From the IMG/VR virus record IMGVR_UViG_3300035670_000140, positions 1 through 64,000 of that record: DNA of 64,000 bases; one strand, given 5' to 3'. The position numbers and the translations under genes were made by a program. This DNA comes from a virus. Positions 46,836-56,931 of this stretch are shown here, one piece after another. Under the pieces are notes generated by a model. The model was not told the origin of the DNA and made no database searches. It saw nothing but the letters and a program-made list of their open reading frames with translations. The stretch's first letter is position 1, and every line of letters begins with the position of its first letter.

Positions 46836-47530
46836 TGGGATTATCTCACAACTACCAAATTCCTACTAATGGATTAAAATTATTTGTCGATGAGACTTTA
46901 AATCCATTAGGAACTTCTACAGGATTTCAGGGAATTGCTTATGGAGACAATCCGTATAGTGGTACATTTTCTGTTCCCCCAACTAGTGTAGAATGGGCAA
47001 GAAATATAACTAATATTACAGTAAGTGTTGTTGTATATAAATATGCTACTTCAGTAGGATACGCAACACACCCAATCAACATGTGGGGAACTGGTGGCAA
47101 TGGTTTGGATACTGCTGGATTAGTATTATATAATTTTGGCAATTATCAAGGAAATGGAGGTGATGGCGATATATCTTTTTATATGGGAGATTTTAATGGC
47201 TCTGTCGGTGGTTGGAGAGGACATGGAGTTGCTGGAGGTTCGACCAAAATACAAGTTGGAGAATATTATCATGTAGTTTTTCAGTTGGGTGGTGGTATTG
47301 GTTGGACTTGGAGAAATGGGCAAAAAGTAGAACAACAAAGCTATCCCAGACCAATAGCAAATAGTACTATTGCTGGGTATGGCCAAAATAATTTAAATAT
47401 TTACGGTCCTTTTCAACAAGATTTTGGTGTAATTAAAAGCGGTCTTTTCTACAATAGAACATGTAGTGACGAAGAAATTTTATCTCAATTAAATTATTTT
47501 AAAAGAAGATATCCAATCTCTAACAGATAA
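46835..47530 (+). CDS. LamG-like lectin-domain protein (divergent)
   Basis: NGLKLFVD; YYHVVF; FYNRTCSDEEI...KRRY. Confidence 0.65.
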   Translation: MGLSHNYQIPTNGLKLFVDETLNPLGTSTGFQGIAYGDNPYSGTFSVPPTSVEWARNITNITVSVVVYKYATSVGYATHPINMWGTGGNGLDTAGLVLYNFGNYQGNGGDGDISFYMGDFNGSVGGWRGHGVAGGSTKIQVGEYYHVVFQLGGGIGWTWRNGQKVEQQSYPRPIANSTIAGYGQNNLNIYGPFQQDFGVIKSGLFYNRTCSDEEILSQLNYFKRRYPISNR

Positions 47531-47542
47531 AGGAGAATTTAA

Positions 47543-48346
47543 ATGGGCTGTTTTTCTGGAGCAAATAATTTAATAGAATATCCAGTTTCTGTTATTAATA
47601 TTAGTAACGTTGTTACTAATGGTCTTCAAATGTATTGGGATGCCGCTAGAAATTTTTCATATGTTTCTGGCAATTCTCAATGGAATGATATTAGTGGAAA
47701 TTTAAACAAACCATTCACATTAAGAAGTAATGGGTATGGAAATAATGGAGAGCAAGCTCCATCAGCAATTGTTTTTTCTGGCGAAGGAGGTGGATCTTTA
47801 TTATTTGATGGTATAAATGATTTTGGAACTTTAGGAACATCTGCTTCTCCAACAGCAAATTCTCCTTATACAGCAACATCTAATATTACAGTATGTGTTT
47901 GGATGAAAACTACTGACGGAGGAGATAAAGGATTTTGGTCACATTGTAATGGAGGACCAGTAAATTTATCTTATGGAATTGCTGGAGGAAAAATGAGATA
48001 TTGGTATTATACCGCTCCTTGGCAAACATTAGATAGTAATGCTTCTATTAATGACGGAAACTGGAAATTTTTAGTTTGGGCAAAATCTGGAACTAATATG
48101 AAACAATATATAAATGGCTCTTTGGATAGAGATACTACTTTAGTTGGAGATGTTACTGGTCCTCTTTATAGTTTAGGTTCTCGCTGGGGTCCCTGTAATT
48201 CCGATAGTTATGGAGCTGGCACAAACAGTTCTGGAGGAAGTATATTTACAGGAAATTTAGCGATTATGATGGCTTATAATAGACAACTTTCTCAAACAGA
48301 AGTTAGTCAAAATTTTCAAAGTTTTAAGACTAGATTTGGATTATAA
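47543..48346 (+). CDS. LamG-like lectin-domain protein
   Basis: NGLQMYWDAA; INDGNWK; YNRQLSQTEVSQNF...KTRFGL. Confidence 0.78.
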   Translation: MGCFSGANNLIEYPVSVINISNVVTNGLQMYWDAARNFSYVSGNSQWNDISGNLNKPFTLRSNGYGNNGEQAPSAIVFSGEGGGSLLFDGINDFGTLGTSASPTANSPYTATSNITVCVWMKTTDGGDKGFWSHCNGGPVNLSYGIAGGKMRYWYYTAPWQTLDSNASINDGNWKFLVWAKSGTNMKQYINGSLDRDTTLVGDVTGPLYSLGSRWGPCNSDSYGAGTNSSGGSIFTGNLAIMMAYNRQLSQTEVSQNFQSFKTRFGL

Positions 48347-48349
48347 ATA
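48342..48349 (+). promoter_or_regulatory. Late promoter
   Basis: TATAAATA heading 48372-54154. Confidence 0.75.
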
Positions 48350-48371
48350 CTCAATAAAAGGCTTGTAACAA

Positions 48372-50375
48372 ATGGCGAATTCTGATAAGGATATCCTTAT
48401 AACGCCTAATAAAGGCACTACATCATTACCAGAAGTTAGTTTTGTCGGTCAAGTAAACTCACCGATTAGACTTCGTGTGCTTGATGATAACACGTTATCC
48501 TTTGAGGGTTCCGCTGGTCAATTATTTTCAATCAATAATAATTTAACGTCAGGAACTATTTTTGCTGCTTCTGATGTTTCTGGTGTTCCTGGAATAGCAT
48601 TGGATGCTAATGGAACTCTAAGGTTATCTCCCTTTTCTGGTGGAGTTGCTGTTGGTGGCAATGGATATTTTACAGCAACTGCTAAATTACATGTAAGATC
48701 TTCGTCAACTAGCGATGGTGCGGGTCCAATATATCTAGAAAGAACTTCTACTAATCAAGAATGCGCCATTAACTGGTTAACTAGTGGTGTTAGAAAATGG
48801 TGGTTGGGAACTGATAATGATTCTACTGATAACTTCTTAGGAATTTATAAGTGGGATGGAACTGGAGCAGGATATATACTCTCTTTTGTAGATAATAATC
48901 TTGCTATTAATGGAAGAACTCCAACTGCTAGACTCAATGTTTATGGTGATCACAACACAACTCAATTACGATTAACGCTCCCAGCAGCAAATAATGGTAG
49001 CGGAGCTGGTATTGCTCATTTACAAGCATGGTTGTCTGAACCAGGGCAAACTTGGAATGGCGGTGGTATTGGTGTTAACGTAACCAATTATTATAGAGGT
49101 CTTAATGGATCTGATGCTAACATAGGTACGTTTTTAAATGGTTATACAAACGTTAATAATGATACTTACTTTCCAAGATTTAATACTAATTTAGGTCAAG
49201 CCTATATTAGGATGTATCCTGGTAGCGGTAGCGATGATTTTGCTTTTATTGATTTTATAACATCTACCAGAACTGGAACATTTTGGCCAACAACCATGAG
49301 GGTAAGAAATGGTTGTGTTTCTATGGGAGGTATTGATATTAATGCTAGCTATAGATTAAATGTAAACGGTAATATTAATTTTGTTGGCGATTTATATAAA
49401 AATGGTGTTCTGTATGAATCACTACCAGCTCAAAGTAGTTCCACAAGAGGAGCTGTATTAAGATCTAACGGCACAGCAGCTTATTGGGATAATGACACAG
49501 CAGATACATTCACTGGTTCTACTGTCGTTCGTGGTTATACTCTAGGTGGATACCAGAACGCTACTGCTTGGTTAAATGTTAATAGAACTGACCATGCTAG
49601 CGACACAACATATAATTTGGGGGATCAAGTTTCCACTCTTGATGCTTATACTGCTGCTTGTTCCAATGGAACATATGCTTATGTATTACATCCAGGAGGA
49701 AACTGGTCAGCACAAGGTAGAGAAATTAACCGCTTTAACATGTTAACTGATACTAATGCCGATATTTCAACACAAATGCTCACAACTAAAGATAGAAACT
49801 CTTTGATGAGAAGTAAATTTATTTATGCTTATTCGTTTGGAAATAATCAACCAGAAAGATTTAATATTTTAACAGAAACTCCATCACTATTTTTATCCGC
49901 ATCAGATCAAAATGGTTCTACTGGAGCAAACCCAGCATGTGGATCTGGTGAACTTAGGGGATGGCATATGGTTGCTGGCACTAGAGGAAATTATTTAGAA
50001 TTTACAACAGAGTCTTGGAATTCTTGGTCACCACCAGGACCAGATGGAACTAATAAAACAATTAGTACATACACAGGGTTTATGTATTGGAATACTGGTG
50101 GGGGATATTCCACAGGCAATGCTTGGAGTAAGCGCCATGATTATAATGGATCTCAATACTTAACTATTGGTAAACCAGGGGCAACTGGAGAAGAATCTCT
50201 ACATACTGGAGAGGTAAAAGGATACATGGTAGGTATGTATAACGGTGCTCAGAATAATCAAGGAGGTATTATGAATTATGCCAACAATACATTTAGCTTT
50301 GTTTCTAGTGTAAATAGTGTTGGACCTGGCGGAAGAGCATCTGCTGCTGGTATTGAATACGGAAGAGGAGTATAA
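48372..50375 (+). CDS. Tail fibre-like protein with C-terminal beta-propeller-like repeats
   Basis: MANSDKDILITPN N-terminus; fibre-shaft motifs; repeated GY..GG blades. Confidence 0.7.
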   Translation: MANSDKDILITPNKGTTSLPEVSFVGQVNSPIRLRVLDDNTLSFEGSAGQLFSINNNLTSGTIFAASDVSGVPGIALDANGTLRLSPFSGGVAVGGNGYFTATAKLHVRSSSTSDGAGPIYLERTSTNQECAINWLTSGVRKWWLGTDNDSTDNFLGIYKWDGTGAGYILSFVDNNLAINGRTPTARLNVYGDHNTTQLRLTLPAANNGSGAGIAHLQAWLSEPGQTWNGGGIGVNVTNYYRGLNGSDANIGTFLNGYTNVNNDTYFPRFNTNLGQAYIRMYPGSGSDDFAFIDFITSTRTGTFWPTTMRVRNGCVSMGGIDINASYRLNVNGNINFVGDLYKNGVLYESLPAQSSSTRGAVLRSNGTAAYWDNDTADTFTGSTVVRGYTLGGYQNATAWLNVNRTDHASDTTYNLGDQVSTLDAYTAACSNGTYAYVLHPGGNWSAQGREINRFNMLTDTNADISTQMLTTKDRNSLMRSKFIYAYSFGNNQPERFNILTETPSLFLSASDQNGSTGANPACGSGELRGWHMVAGTRGNYLEFTTESWNSWSPPGPDGTNKTISTYTGFMYWNTGGGYSTGNAWSKRHDYNGSQYLTIGKPGATGEESLHTGEVKGYMVGMYNGAQNNQGGIMNYANNTFSFVSSVNSVGPGGRASAAGIEYGRGV

Positions 50376-50378
50376 AAA

Positions 50379-51137
50379 ATGGAAAATATATTTTATATTG
50401 TCAAAACAACAGACGATCTTTATAAAATCCCAGATCTAAAAATCTATTTTACCAACTATGGTTGGACTGTAGTATCTTTTGATAAGAAATATAGCGACTT
50501 ATTTGTGTCTTCGAAGTTTAAATATTTTGAATTGTCATATGATGATATTTTAGGATTTAAAGCATTTGGTGACATGAGATCAGAAATAAAAGTAATGGCA
50601 GATGATGAGATTGAACAACCATACATTCCATTAGGAACAGAAAGTATACGAGTAAAAATTCCTGTTACTGAACATCGTTATAATTGTATTTTAAATTCTA
50701 TGAAATTGTTTGCTACAATTTTATTAGAAGAAGAATTTGATGATAGATTTAATAAATTAAAATTAAATTTTTCTGAATTAGAAAAACAAACTTGGGAACA
50801 GCAATTACAAGAAGTTAAAAATTACGAGAATAAATTAGAAACTCCATTACTGAACAGTATATCTAAAGCAAAAAATATTACTACAGATGAATTAGTTAAT
50901 TTGATAGTCCAAAAAAAATTAGAATATGATCAAAAATCATCTGAATTATTTGTTAAATTAATTGAATTAAAAACTACTTTCAAAGATGTCAATGAGATAG
51001 AAAACATGAATTTATTGTACGCTAAATATTTCAACATACAATTATCTTTTACTCAGGAATATAAAGAATCCCATCCAGAAATTTTTAATGAGAATGGTGG
51101 ATTTATTGTTCCATTAGGTGTTGGTTACAATTTCTAG
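50379..51137 (+). CDS. Tail-fibre assembly-like protein
   Basis: EKQTWEQQLQE...TPLLNSISKAKNITTDELVNLIVQK resembles phage fibre-assembly proteins. Confidence 0.55.
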   Translation: MENIFYIVKTTDDLYKIPDLKIYFTNYGWTVVSFDKKYSDLFVSSKFKYFELSYDDILGFKAFGDMRSEIKVMADDEIEQPYIPLGTESIRVKIPVTEHRYNCILNSMKLFATILLEEEFDDRFNKLKLNFSELEKQTWEQQLQEVKNYENKLETPLLNSISKAKNITTDELVNLIVQKKLEYDQKSSELFVKLIELKTTFKDVNEIENMNLLYAKYFNIQLSFTQEYKESHPEIFNENGGFIVPLGVGYNF

Positions 51138-51145
51138 TATCTATT

Positions 51146-51901
51146 ATGGCATTATCTGAATCTGAACTACACGATTTTCTAGATGAAAATAATTCATCTA
51201 TGAGCAATTATCAAATTGATCATTTTGTTTTAAGATCACAAGTAACTGATTTTAGACAAGTAAAGCAATCTCTTCTAGAATTAGAAGGAAGAAAAGATAG
51301 CTTGTATCAAACTAAAGTTAATCTAAAAAGAAAAAAAATTACTAGAGATAAAATAGAATATGAAATCAAAAATGCTACTGACGAATTTCAGAAAAGATTT
51401 TTAGAAGTTGATTTAGAAGAAGTAAATAAAGATATCTATTTTATAGAAAGAAGATTAACAGTACAAGAAAAAGAATATAATTATTTTGCCGAAAAAATTT
51501 ATTCTAGATTCAACAGTAAAGAAGAATTAGAAAAATTTTGTAATAATCCAGAAGAAGAACACAAATATTGGATTGCTCGTATGGGCAAACAAGCAGCTAT
51601 AGATATGATTTCTCTTGGTAGAATTAGCGTTGGTAATATGGATTCTATTGCTATGATGAGCGAAGAAGATCAAATTCAAACTCTCAAAGTAGCAATTCAA
51701 TATTCTGGTTTGATGAATGTAGGTATTAATAAGCTACAGCAAGAAATGATTCCATATCTCAAGCAAGTAGAAAATAATTCTAATAGATTACTTCCTACGT
51801 TTGATGGAATTGAAGATAATTTAAATATCAATTTAGTGAATCAATTACAAAATGAAAAGCAAAAACTTCAGCTTACCGATAAACCCAAAATCATCGAGTG
51901 A
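51146..51901 (+). CDS. Coiled-coil hypothetical protein
   Basis: 251 aa; long E/K-rich helices. Confidence 0.75.
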   Translation: MALSESELHDFLDENNSSMSNYQIDHFVLRSQVTDFRQVKQSLLELEGRKDSLYQTKVNLKRKKITRDKIEYEIKNATDEFQKRFLEVDLEEVNKDIYFIERRLTVQEKEYNYFAEKIYSRFNSKEELEKFCNNPEEEHKYWIARMGKQAAIDMISLGRISVGNMDSIAMMSEEDQIQTLKVAIQYSGLMNVGINKLQQEMIPYLKQVENNSNRLLPTFDGIEDNLNINLVNQLQNEKQKLQLTDKPKIIE

Positions 51902-53531
51902 GTTTGTACACGAAACATTTATACCATTTTTAAAAGAACATAAAGATTCTATTTTCGATCTTTACTTCACTTGTAGAATGCCTCCCTTTGATCAAGATGC
52001 TATGGGAGATGTATTTGTTTCAGATCCTAGACAAACAACTTTTGATGCTCTGTACATCTCAAAAGAATCTGGTATTCCTTTGTCTGCTACATTTAATAAC
52101 ATTTATGTAAGACCATCTCAAAAGAATCTTGATCTATTCATAGAAAATTTTAAAACCCTGTACGACAAAGGAATTCGTATAGTTACTTTACCCCATACTA
52201 TTTGGGTTTCTACTGGGCAAATACAGAAAGAGTTTCCAGAACTCTACATTAAGAATACTATTCTTAGAGAAGTTCGTCAAGCAAACGAAATTGTTTCTTT
52301 AGCGAAAGCTGGGTTTCATTATATCAATCTCGATAGAGATCTGATGAGGGATCGTGATGCTTTGTTAGAGATCAAAGAAGCAAAGGATTATTGTGAGTCC
52401 ATAAACAAACCAATAAAATTATCATTGTTGGTTAATGAGACTTGCTGGGGTGGATGTCCAATTATGGTAGAACACTATCACTATAACAATACCAGAAAAG
52501 ATGAAGACCCTCAATTTTTTAATGATCCTATTAGTAGAAATTCTTGCTCTAAGTGGGAAATACTAGACCCATCTCATTCTCTCAAAGCAGCAAACCTTCC
52601 TCCTTGGAAAAAGGATTGGGAAGAGTTTATTGATCTTGGTATTGATGTATTTAAACTTCATGGAAGAGAATCCATGATGAGATTAAAAGAATCGATGGAT
52701 CTTATTGAAAGATGGGATAACAATGAAGAGTTAATGTTCCCTCTGTTTAATGAATATATTGAAAATGTTTCTTTACAAGAACGTCCAATCGATATCTGGA
52801 GAGAAAAAATTAAGACTTGTAAGTTTGATTGTTGGAAATGTAATTATTGTGAGTCAGTTGTAGAATCTAGATTAAAAAAACAAAACAGATTACTTCATCC
52901 ATTGGTAGAGAATATTATTAAATCTATTGACAACTCAGCTAACCAGAAAGATTATTCTATTCCAGGTCTCAGTTCTAACAGAGTAAGAACTTTACTTAAT
53001 TCTATTTGTTCTGATAATAGTATTAAGTATTTGGAAGTGGGTGCTTATCTTGGTAGTACATTCTGTGCTGCTATAGAAAACAATAATATCAAATCTTATG
53101 CTGTTGATAATTGGAAGACTCCCGACCTAAAACCATTTGAAAATAAATTAGTTTTTGCTGGCATTGCTTCCATAGAAGATTTTAAAAATAATGTAAGTTC
53201 AACTAAATCAGGATCAACTGTAAAAATTTTAAATAAAACATGTTTAAAGTTAATTGATGGAGATATAGAAGATAAGATTAATTTTGTATTTTATGATGGA
53301 GATCATGAATACAATGAACAACTAAAAGCTTTAAACGTCATCAAAGATTTTGTTGATAGTACATTTGTTTTGATATTAGATGATGCTAATTTCGAAGGTG
53401 TTGTTTCTTCTGCTAATCAGTTTATTCTAGATAATAATTTCAAAGTTTTGTTTGAAAGAAAGCTTTTAAACAAAGTGGAAGATCCTTCAATGTGGTGGAA
53501 TGGTTTGTATATACTTGTTTTACAAAAATGA
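51852..53531 (+). CDS. U32-family Fe-S protein fused to class I SAM methyltransferase
   Basis: INLDRDL, VNETCWGGC, VFKLHGRE, CKFDCWKCNYC; C-terminal YLEVGAYLGST, FYDGDH, LILDD. Confidence 0.75.
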   Translation: MKSKNFSLPINPKSSSEFVHETFIPFLKEHKDSIFDLYFTCRMPPFDQDAMGDVFVSDPRQTTFDALYISKESGIPLSATFNNIYVRPSQKNLDLFIENFKTLYDKGIRIVTLPHTIWVSTGQIQKEFPELYIKNTILREVRQANEIVSLAKAGFHYINLDRDLMRDRDALLEIKEAKDYCESINKPIKLSLLVNETCWGGCPIMVEHYHYNNTRKDEDPQFFNDPISRNSCSKWEILDPSHSLKAANLPPWKKDWEEFIDLGIDVFKLHGRESMMRLKESMDLIERWDNNEELMFPLFNEYIENVSLQERPIDIWREKIKTCKFDCWKCNYCESVVESRLKKQNRLLHPLVENIIKSIDNSANQKDYSIPGLSSNRVRTLLNSICSDNSIKYLEVGAYLGSTFCAAIENNNIKSYAVDNWKTPDLKPFENKLVFAGIASIEDFKNNVSSTKSGSTVKILNKTCLKLIDGDIEDKINFVFYDGDHEYNEQLKALNVIKDFVDSTFVLILDDANFEGVVSSANQFILDNNFKVLFERKLLNKVEDPSMWWNGLYILVLQK

Positions 53532-54154
53532 AATTATTTGAAATTTTCCCCAACCCAATCTTTATGGAAACTTGTAATTTTCAAAAAGATGTAAAAAATA
53601 TTATTCAAAATTTAAATGTCGAGTTTAATCAAAATGAAGTAAGTAATAAATTATTTCATTATGGCAATGACTTAAATCAATCGGTTTTATATTTGCCAGT
53701 GTTTGAACGATTTAAATTATGGATAGAAAAATGTTGCTATCAATATGTAACAGAAATACTTGGATATCATTTAGATGATAAAATTATTGTTACAGACAGT
53801 TGGATAAACAAATGTGATGAAGGTGGTTATCAATATCCTCATTATCATACTAATTCATATATCTCAGGAACATACTATATTAACATACAAGATGGTCATG
53901 CTCCTATAGTTTTTAGGCATGATGATAGTTCTACACATATTCCTAAGCAGTCAATTACATTGAAGAAGCAATCATCGACAAAATATAATTCAGATGTTTT
54001 ATTTCACCCAAATCCAGGTGAATTATATCTTTGGCAATCTCATCTAACCCACGGGGTACTTGACAATAACCTAGATGATAGGTTATCATTATCTATGAAT
54101 TTCATGCCTTCTGTGGTTTCTAACTACAAGTATGGGTATAAAATCTCGGTATAA
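53528..54154 (+). CDS. 2OG-Fe(II) oxygenase (TIGR02466-like)
   Basis: SWIN...HYHTNSYISGTYY; SHLTHGV; RLSLSMN; ATGA coupling. Confidence 0.85.
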   Translation: MKLFEIFPNPIFMETCNFQKDVKNIIQNLNVEFNQNEVSNKLFHYGNDLNQSVLYLPVFERFKLWIEKCCYQYVTEILGYHLDDKIIVTDSWINKCDEGGYQYPHYHTNSYISGTYYINIQDGHAPIVFRHDDSSTHIPKQSITLKKQSSTKYNSDVLFHPNPGELYLWQSHLTHGVLDNNLDDRLSLSMNFMPSVVSNYKYGYKISV

Positions 54155-54157
54155 ATA
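54150..54157 (+). promoter_or_regulatory. Late promoter
   Basis: TATAAATA. Confidence 0.7.
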
Positions 54158-54187
54158 TTAACGTTATTATTTTTACACAATAAGCAT

Positions 54188-54367
54188 ATGGACACTGAAA
54201 CACTAAAGAAAAATTTCGAAGATCAACTAGCATCAGCTGATAGACAAATTGCTGAACTAGAAGATAATCTAGCAAAAGCAAAAGAGTATCGCCTCAAGCT
54301 CCAAGGTGGATTAGAAACCTTAGCACTTCTCAATCCACCAGAAGAAGAAACAACGACCGAAGAATGA
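54188..54367 (+). CDS. Small coiled-coil protein (59 aa)
   Basis: Manually read MDTETLKKNFEDQL...EYRLKLQGGLETLALL; flanked by promoter and terminator. Confidence 0.75.
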   Translation: MDTETLKKNFEDQLASADRQIAELEDNLAKAKEYRLKLQGGLETLALLNPPEEETTTEE

Positions 54368-54369
54368 TC

Positions 54370-54405
54370 AAATCCCTACTTCCTAAATAGAAGTAGGGAT
54401 TTTTT
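54370..54405 (+). terminator. Terminator hairpin with a late-promoter-like loop
   Basis: AAATCCCTACTTC-CTAAATA-GAAGTAGGGATTT followed by T run. Confidence 0.8.
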
Positions 54406-54417
54406 GTATCTAGATAA

Positions 54418-55242
54418 ATGGCACAGCCATCTACAAGACAGGAATTAATTGACTATTGTAAAAGACAATTAGGTGCTCCTGTTCTACAGATTAATATTGA
54501 TGATGCTCAAGTAAGTGATATTATTGACGATGCAATTCAATACTACAATGAACATCATTTTGATGGGTTAGAAAGAATGTATTTGAAACATCAAATAACT
54601 ACTGATGATGAGATTAGATTTACCACATCAGATGTAACAACTGTTGCCCCTAATAGCGATGAATGGGAGAATAGAAATAATTATATTCAAGTTCCCGATC
54701 ATGTTTTTGGTATTCAAAAAGTATTTGGAGTTTCTTCTAATTGGATTAGAAATGATTTATTTGGTTTAAGCAATCAATATTTCTTGATGGATATTTTTTC
54801 ATTCTCGTCGGGATTTGCTTTTGGAAATTTTGACATGTCTAATTATTATATGATTCGTCAGTACTTTGAAACTTTAGACATGATTGTTAATAGTGGAGCT
54901 TTAGTAGAATTTAGATTTACAAAAAGACAAGATCGTTTGTATATCGATATTGATCCTTCTCGTATTGTTCCTGGTAATTATATTTTGATAGATTGCTGGA
55001 GAGCGATAAATCCAGCAGAGTATTCACAAGTTTATAACGACAGTTTTTTAAAGAGATATGCTACCGCTTTGATGAAAAGGCAGTGGGGAGCAAATCTTAT
55101 TAAGTATAATAACGTTCAACTTCCTGGTGGTATAACTTTAAACGGTCGTCAAATCTGGGAAGATGGAAATAATGAAGTTCAGCAATTAGAATCTGATATG
55201 CTGAATACTTATTCATTACCACCAATGGATATGATCGGATAA
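54418..55242 (+). CDS. gp13: Neck protein gp13
   Basis: MAQPSTRQELIDYCKRQLGAPVLQIN; KRQWGANLIKY..QLPGGITLNG. Confidence 0.93.
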   Translation: MAQPSTRQELIDYCKRQLGAPVLQINIDDAQVSDIIDDAIQYYNEHHFDGLERMYLKHQITTDDEIRFTTSDVTTVAPNSDEWENRNNYIQVPDHVFGIQKVFGVSSNWIRNDLFGLSNQYFLMDIFSFSSGFAFGNFDMSNYYMIRQYFETLDMIVNSGALVEFRFTKRQDRLYIDIDPSRIVPGNYILIDCWRAINPAEYSQVYNDSFLKRYATALMKRQWGANLIKYNNVQLPGGITLNGRQIWEDGNNEVQQLESDMLNTYSLPPMDMIG

Positions 55243-55243
55243 G

Positions 55244-56128
55244 ATGCCTACCAGTCCTTATTTTCCTACCTACTATCAAGGTCATCCAGGAGAACAAAAC
55301 CTGGCACAAGATCTTGCCGACGAACAGATCAAGCTGTTTGGAACAGATATTTATTATCTACCAAGAACTATTCTTAAAGATAATACACTGGATGATATCA
55401 TTTATTCCAAGTATCAAGAACAGTTTCAAGTAGAAATGCTTCTACAAAACGTAGAGGGTTTTGGAGAGCAATCGGAATTTATCAGTAAATTTGGTATTCG
55501 TATTACCGATGAAGTTAAATTCATTGTTTCTACTAGAAGATGGGAACAATCAGAAATTCAATATAGTCCATCTTTGACTGTTCCTGGTAGACCAAATGAA
55601 GGGGATCTTTTGTATTTTCCTCTCACAACAGATATCTATGAAATAAAATTTGTAGAAAGAGAGACACCATTCTATCAGTTTGGTAAAATTCAATTCTTCA
55701 TTCTAACTGCCGAAATTTATGAAGTTGGCAATGATCTTATTGATACTGGTGTTCCAGAAATAGATGAGATAGAAACTCTATTCTCTTCTTCTATGTCATT
55801 GATTATGTCTATTGGCGGAACTGGAAATTTTGATGAGGGAGAAATAGTTACTGGATCTACCACAGGAACAGTAGCTACTGTCATATCTTGGAATCCATCA
55901 ACAAGATTACTTCAGGTAATCAATAGAGACGGAACGTTCATTACAGGAGAGGCGCTCACAGGCGACGACAGTGCCGCTGTATGGTCAATTGGATCATTTG
56001 ATACTCTAAATAATTCAAACAGTCTCTACGACCAAAATAGAGAGATTGAAGACGAGGCAGATAATATTATTGATTGGGGAGAAAAGAATCCTTTTGGTGA
56101 GTATGGTAATTTTACAGGTAGTATCTAA
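55244..56128 (+). CDS. gp14: Neck protein gp14
   Basis: EQIKLFG.DIYYLPR; RPNEGDLLYFP; PFYQFGK; NPFG. Confidence 0.92.
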   Translation: MPTSPYFPTYYQGHPGEQNLAQDLADEQIKLFGTDIYYLPRTILKDNTLDDIIYSKYQEQFQVEMLLQNVEGFGEQSEFISKFGIRITDEVKFIVSTRRWEQSEIQYSPSLTVPGRPNEGDLLYFPLTTDIYEIKFVERETPFYQFGKIQFFILTAEIYEVGNDLIDTGVPEIDEIETLFSSSMSLIMSIGGTGNFDEGEIVTGSTTGTVATVISWNPSTRLLQVINRDGTFITGEALTGDDSAAVWSIGSFDTLNNSNSLYDQNREIEDEADNIIDWGEKNPFGEYGNFTGSI

Positions 56129-56931
56129 TGTTAGGATCACATTTTTATAACGAAGCTATTCGTAAAACTGTTGTTGGATTTGGAACTCTATTTAATAATA
56201 TAGAGTTACATAAAAAAGATCCACAAAGCGGCGATATTTTGGAAGTGGAAAAAGTTCCATTAGCATATGGTCCAAAGCAAAAGTTTCTTGCTCGCTTAGA
56301 GCAAAATCCAGATGTTGGCAGAAAAGTGGCAATCACTTTACCACGTTTGTATTTTGAAATGACTGGTATATCATATGATTCTTCTAGAAAAACTAGTCCC
56401 GTCCAAAAATTCAAAAACACAGTTGGAGACAACGGCGAAGAACTAAGAGTTCAGTATGTCCCTGTTCCATACAATATGGAATTCGAGTTGGGAATTATTG
56501 CCAAGAGTCAAGATGATGGGTTACAAATCCTAGAACAGATACTACCATACTTCCAACCAAATTTCAATATCACTCTCAACATGATTCCAGATATGGATGA
56601 GAAGAAAGATATTGCTATTGTTTTAAATAATGTCAATTACGAAGACGATTGGGAAGATGATTATCTCCAGAGAAGAAGTATTCTTTGGACACTTAACTTC
56701 ACAGCTAAGTCTTATATCTACGGTCCATTCACTAATACTGGTATTATTAGAAAAGCTATTATTTACGAAACATATGGAGATTTGGCAGCAAGCAAGAGAA
56801 CTGCCGAATATACATATTCTCCTAAAGCACTTGAAGATAACAACAGTGATGGCGTTATCAACGCTGCCGATGATGAACTTGTAATGTCAACTGATGACTT
56901 TGGATTCAATGAAGGTATTACTCTACTATGA
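56128..56931 (+). CDS. gp15: Tail sheath stabilizer/completion protein gp15
   Basis: HFYNEAIRKTVVGFGTLFNNI; VPLAYGPKQKF; QILEQILPYFQP. Confidence 0.93.
   Translation: MLGSHFYNEAIRKTVVGFGTLFNNIELHKKDPQSGDILEVEKVPLAYGPKQKFLARLEQNPDVGRKVAITLPRLYFEMTGISYDSSRKTSPVQKFKNTVGDNGEELRVQYVPVPYNMEFELGIIAKSQDDGLQILEQILPYFQPNFNITLNMIPDMDEKKDIAIVLNNVNYEDDWEDDYLQRRSILWTLNFTAKSYIYGPFTNTGIIRKAIIYETYGDLAASKRTAEYTYSPKALEDNNSDGVINAADDELVMSTDDFGFNEGITLL

Noticed and set aside
46164-50375. Diversity-generating retroelement targeting lectin/fibre genes
   Set aside because: No reverse transcriptase and no near-identical template/variable repeat pair seen in this window.
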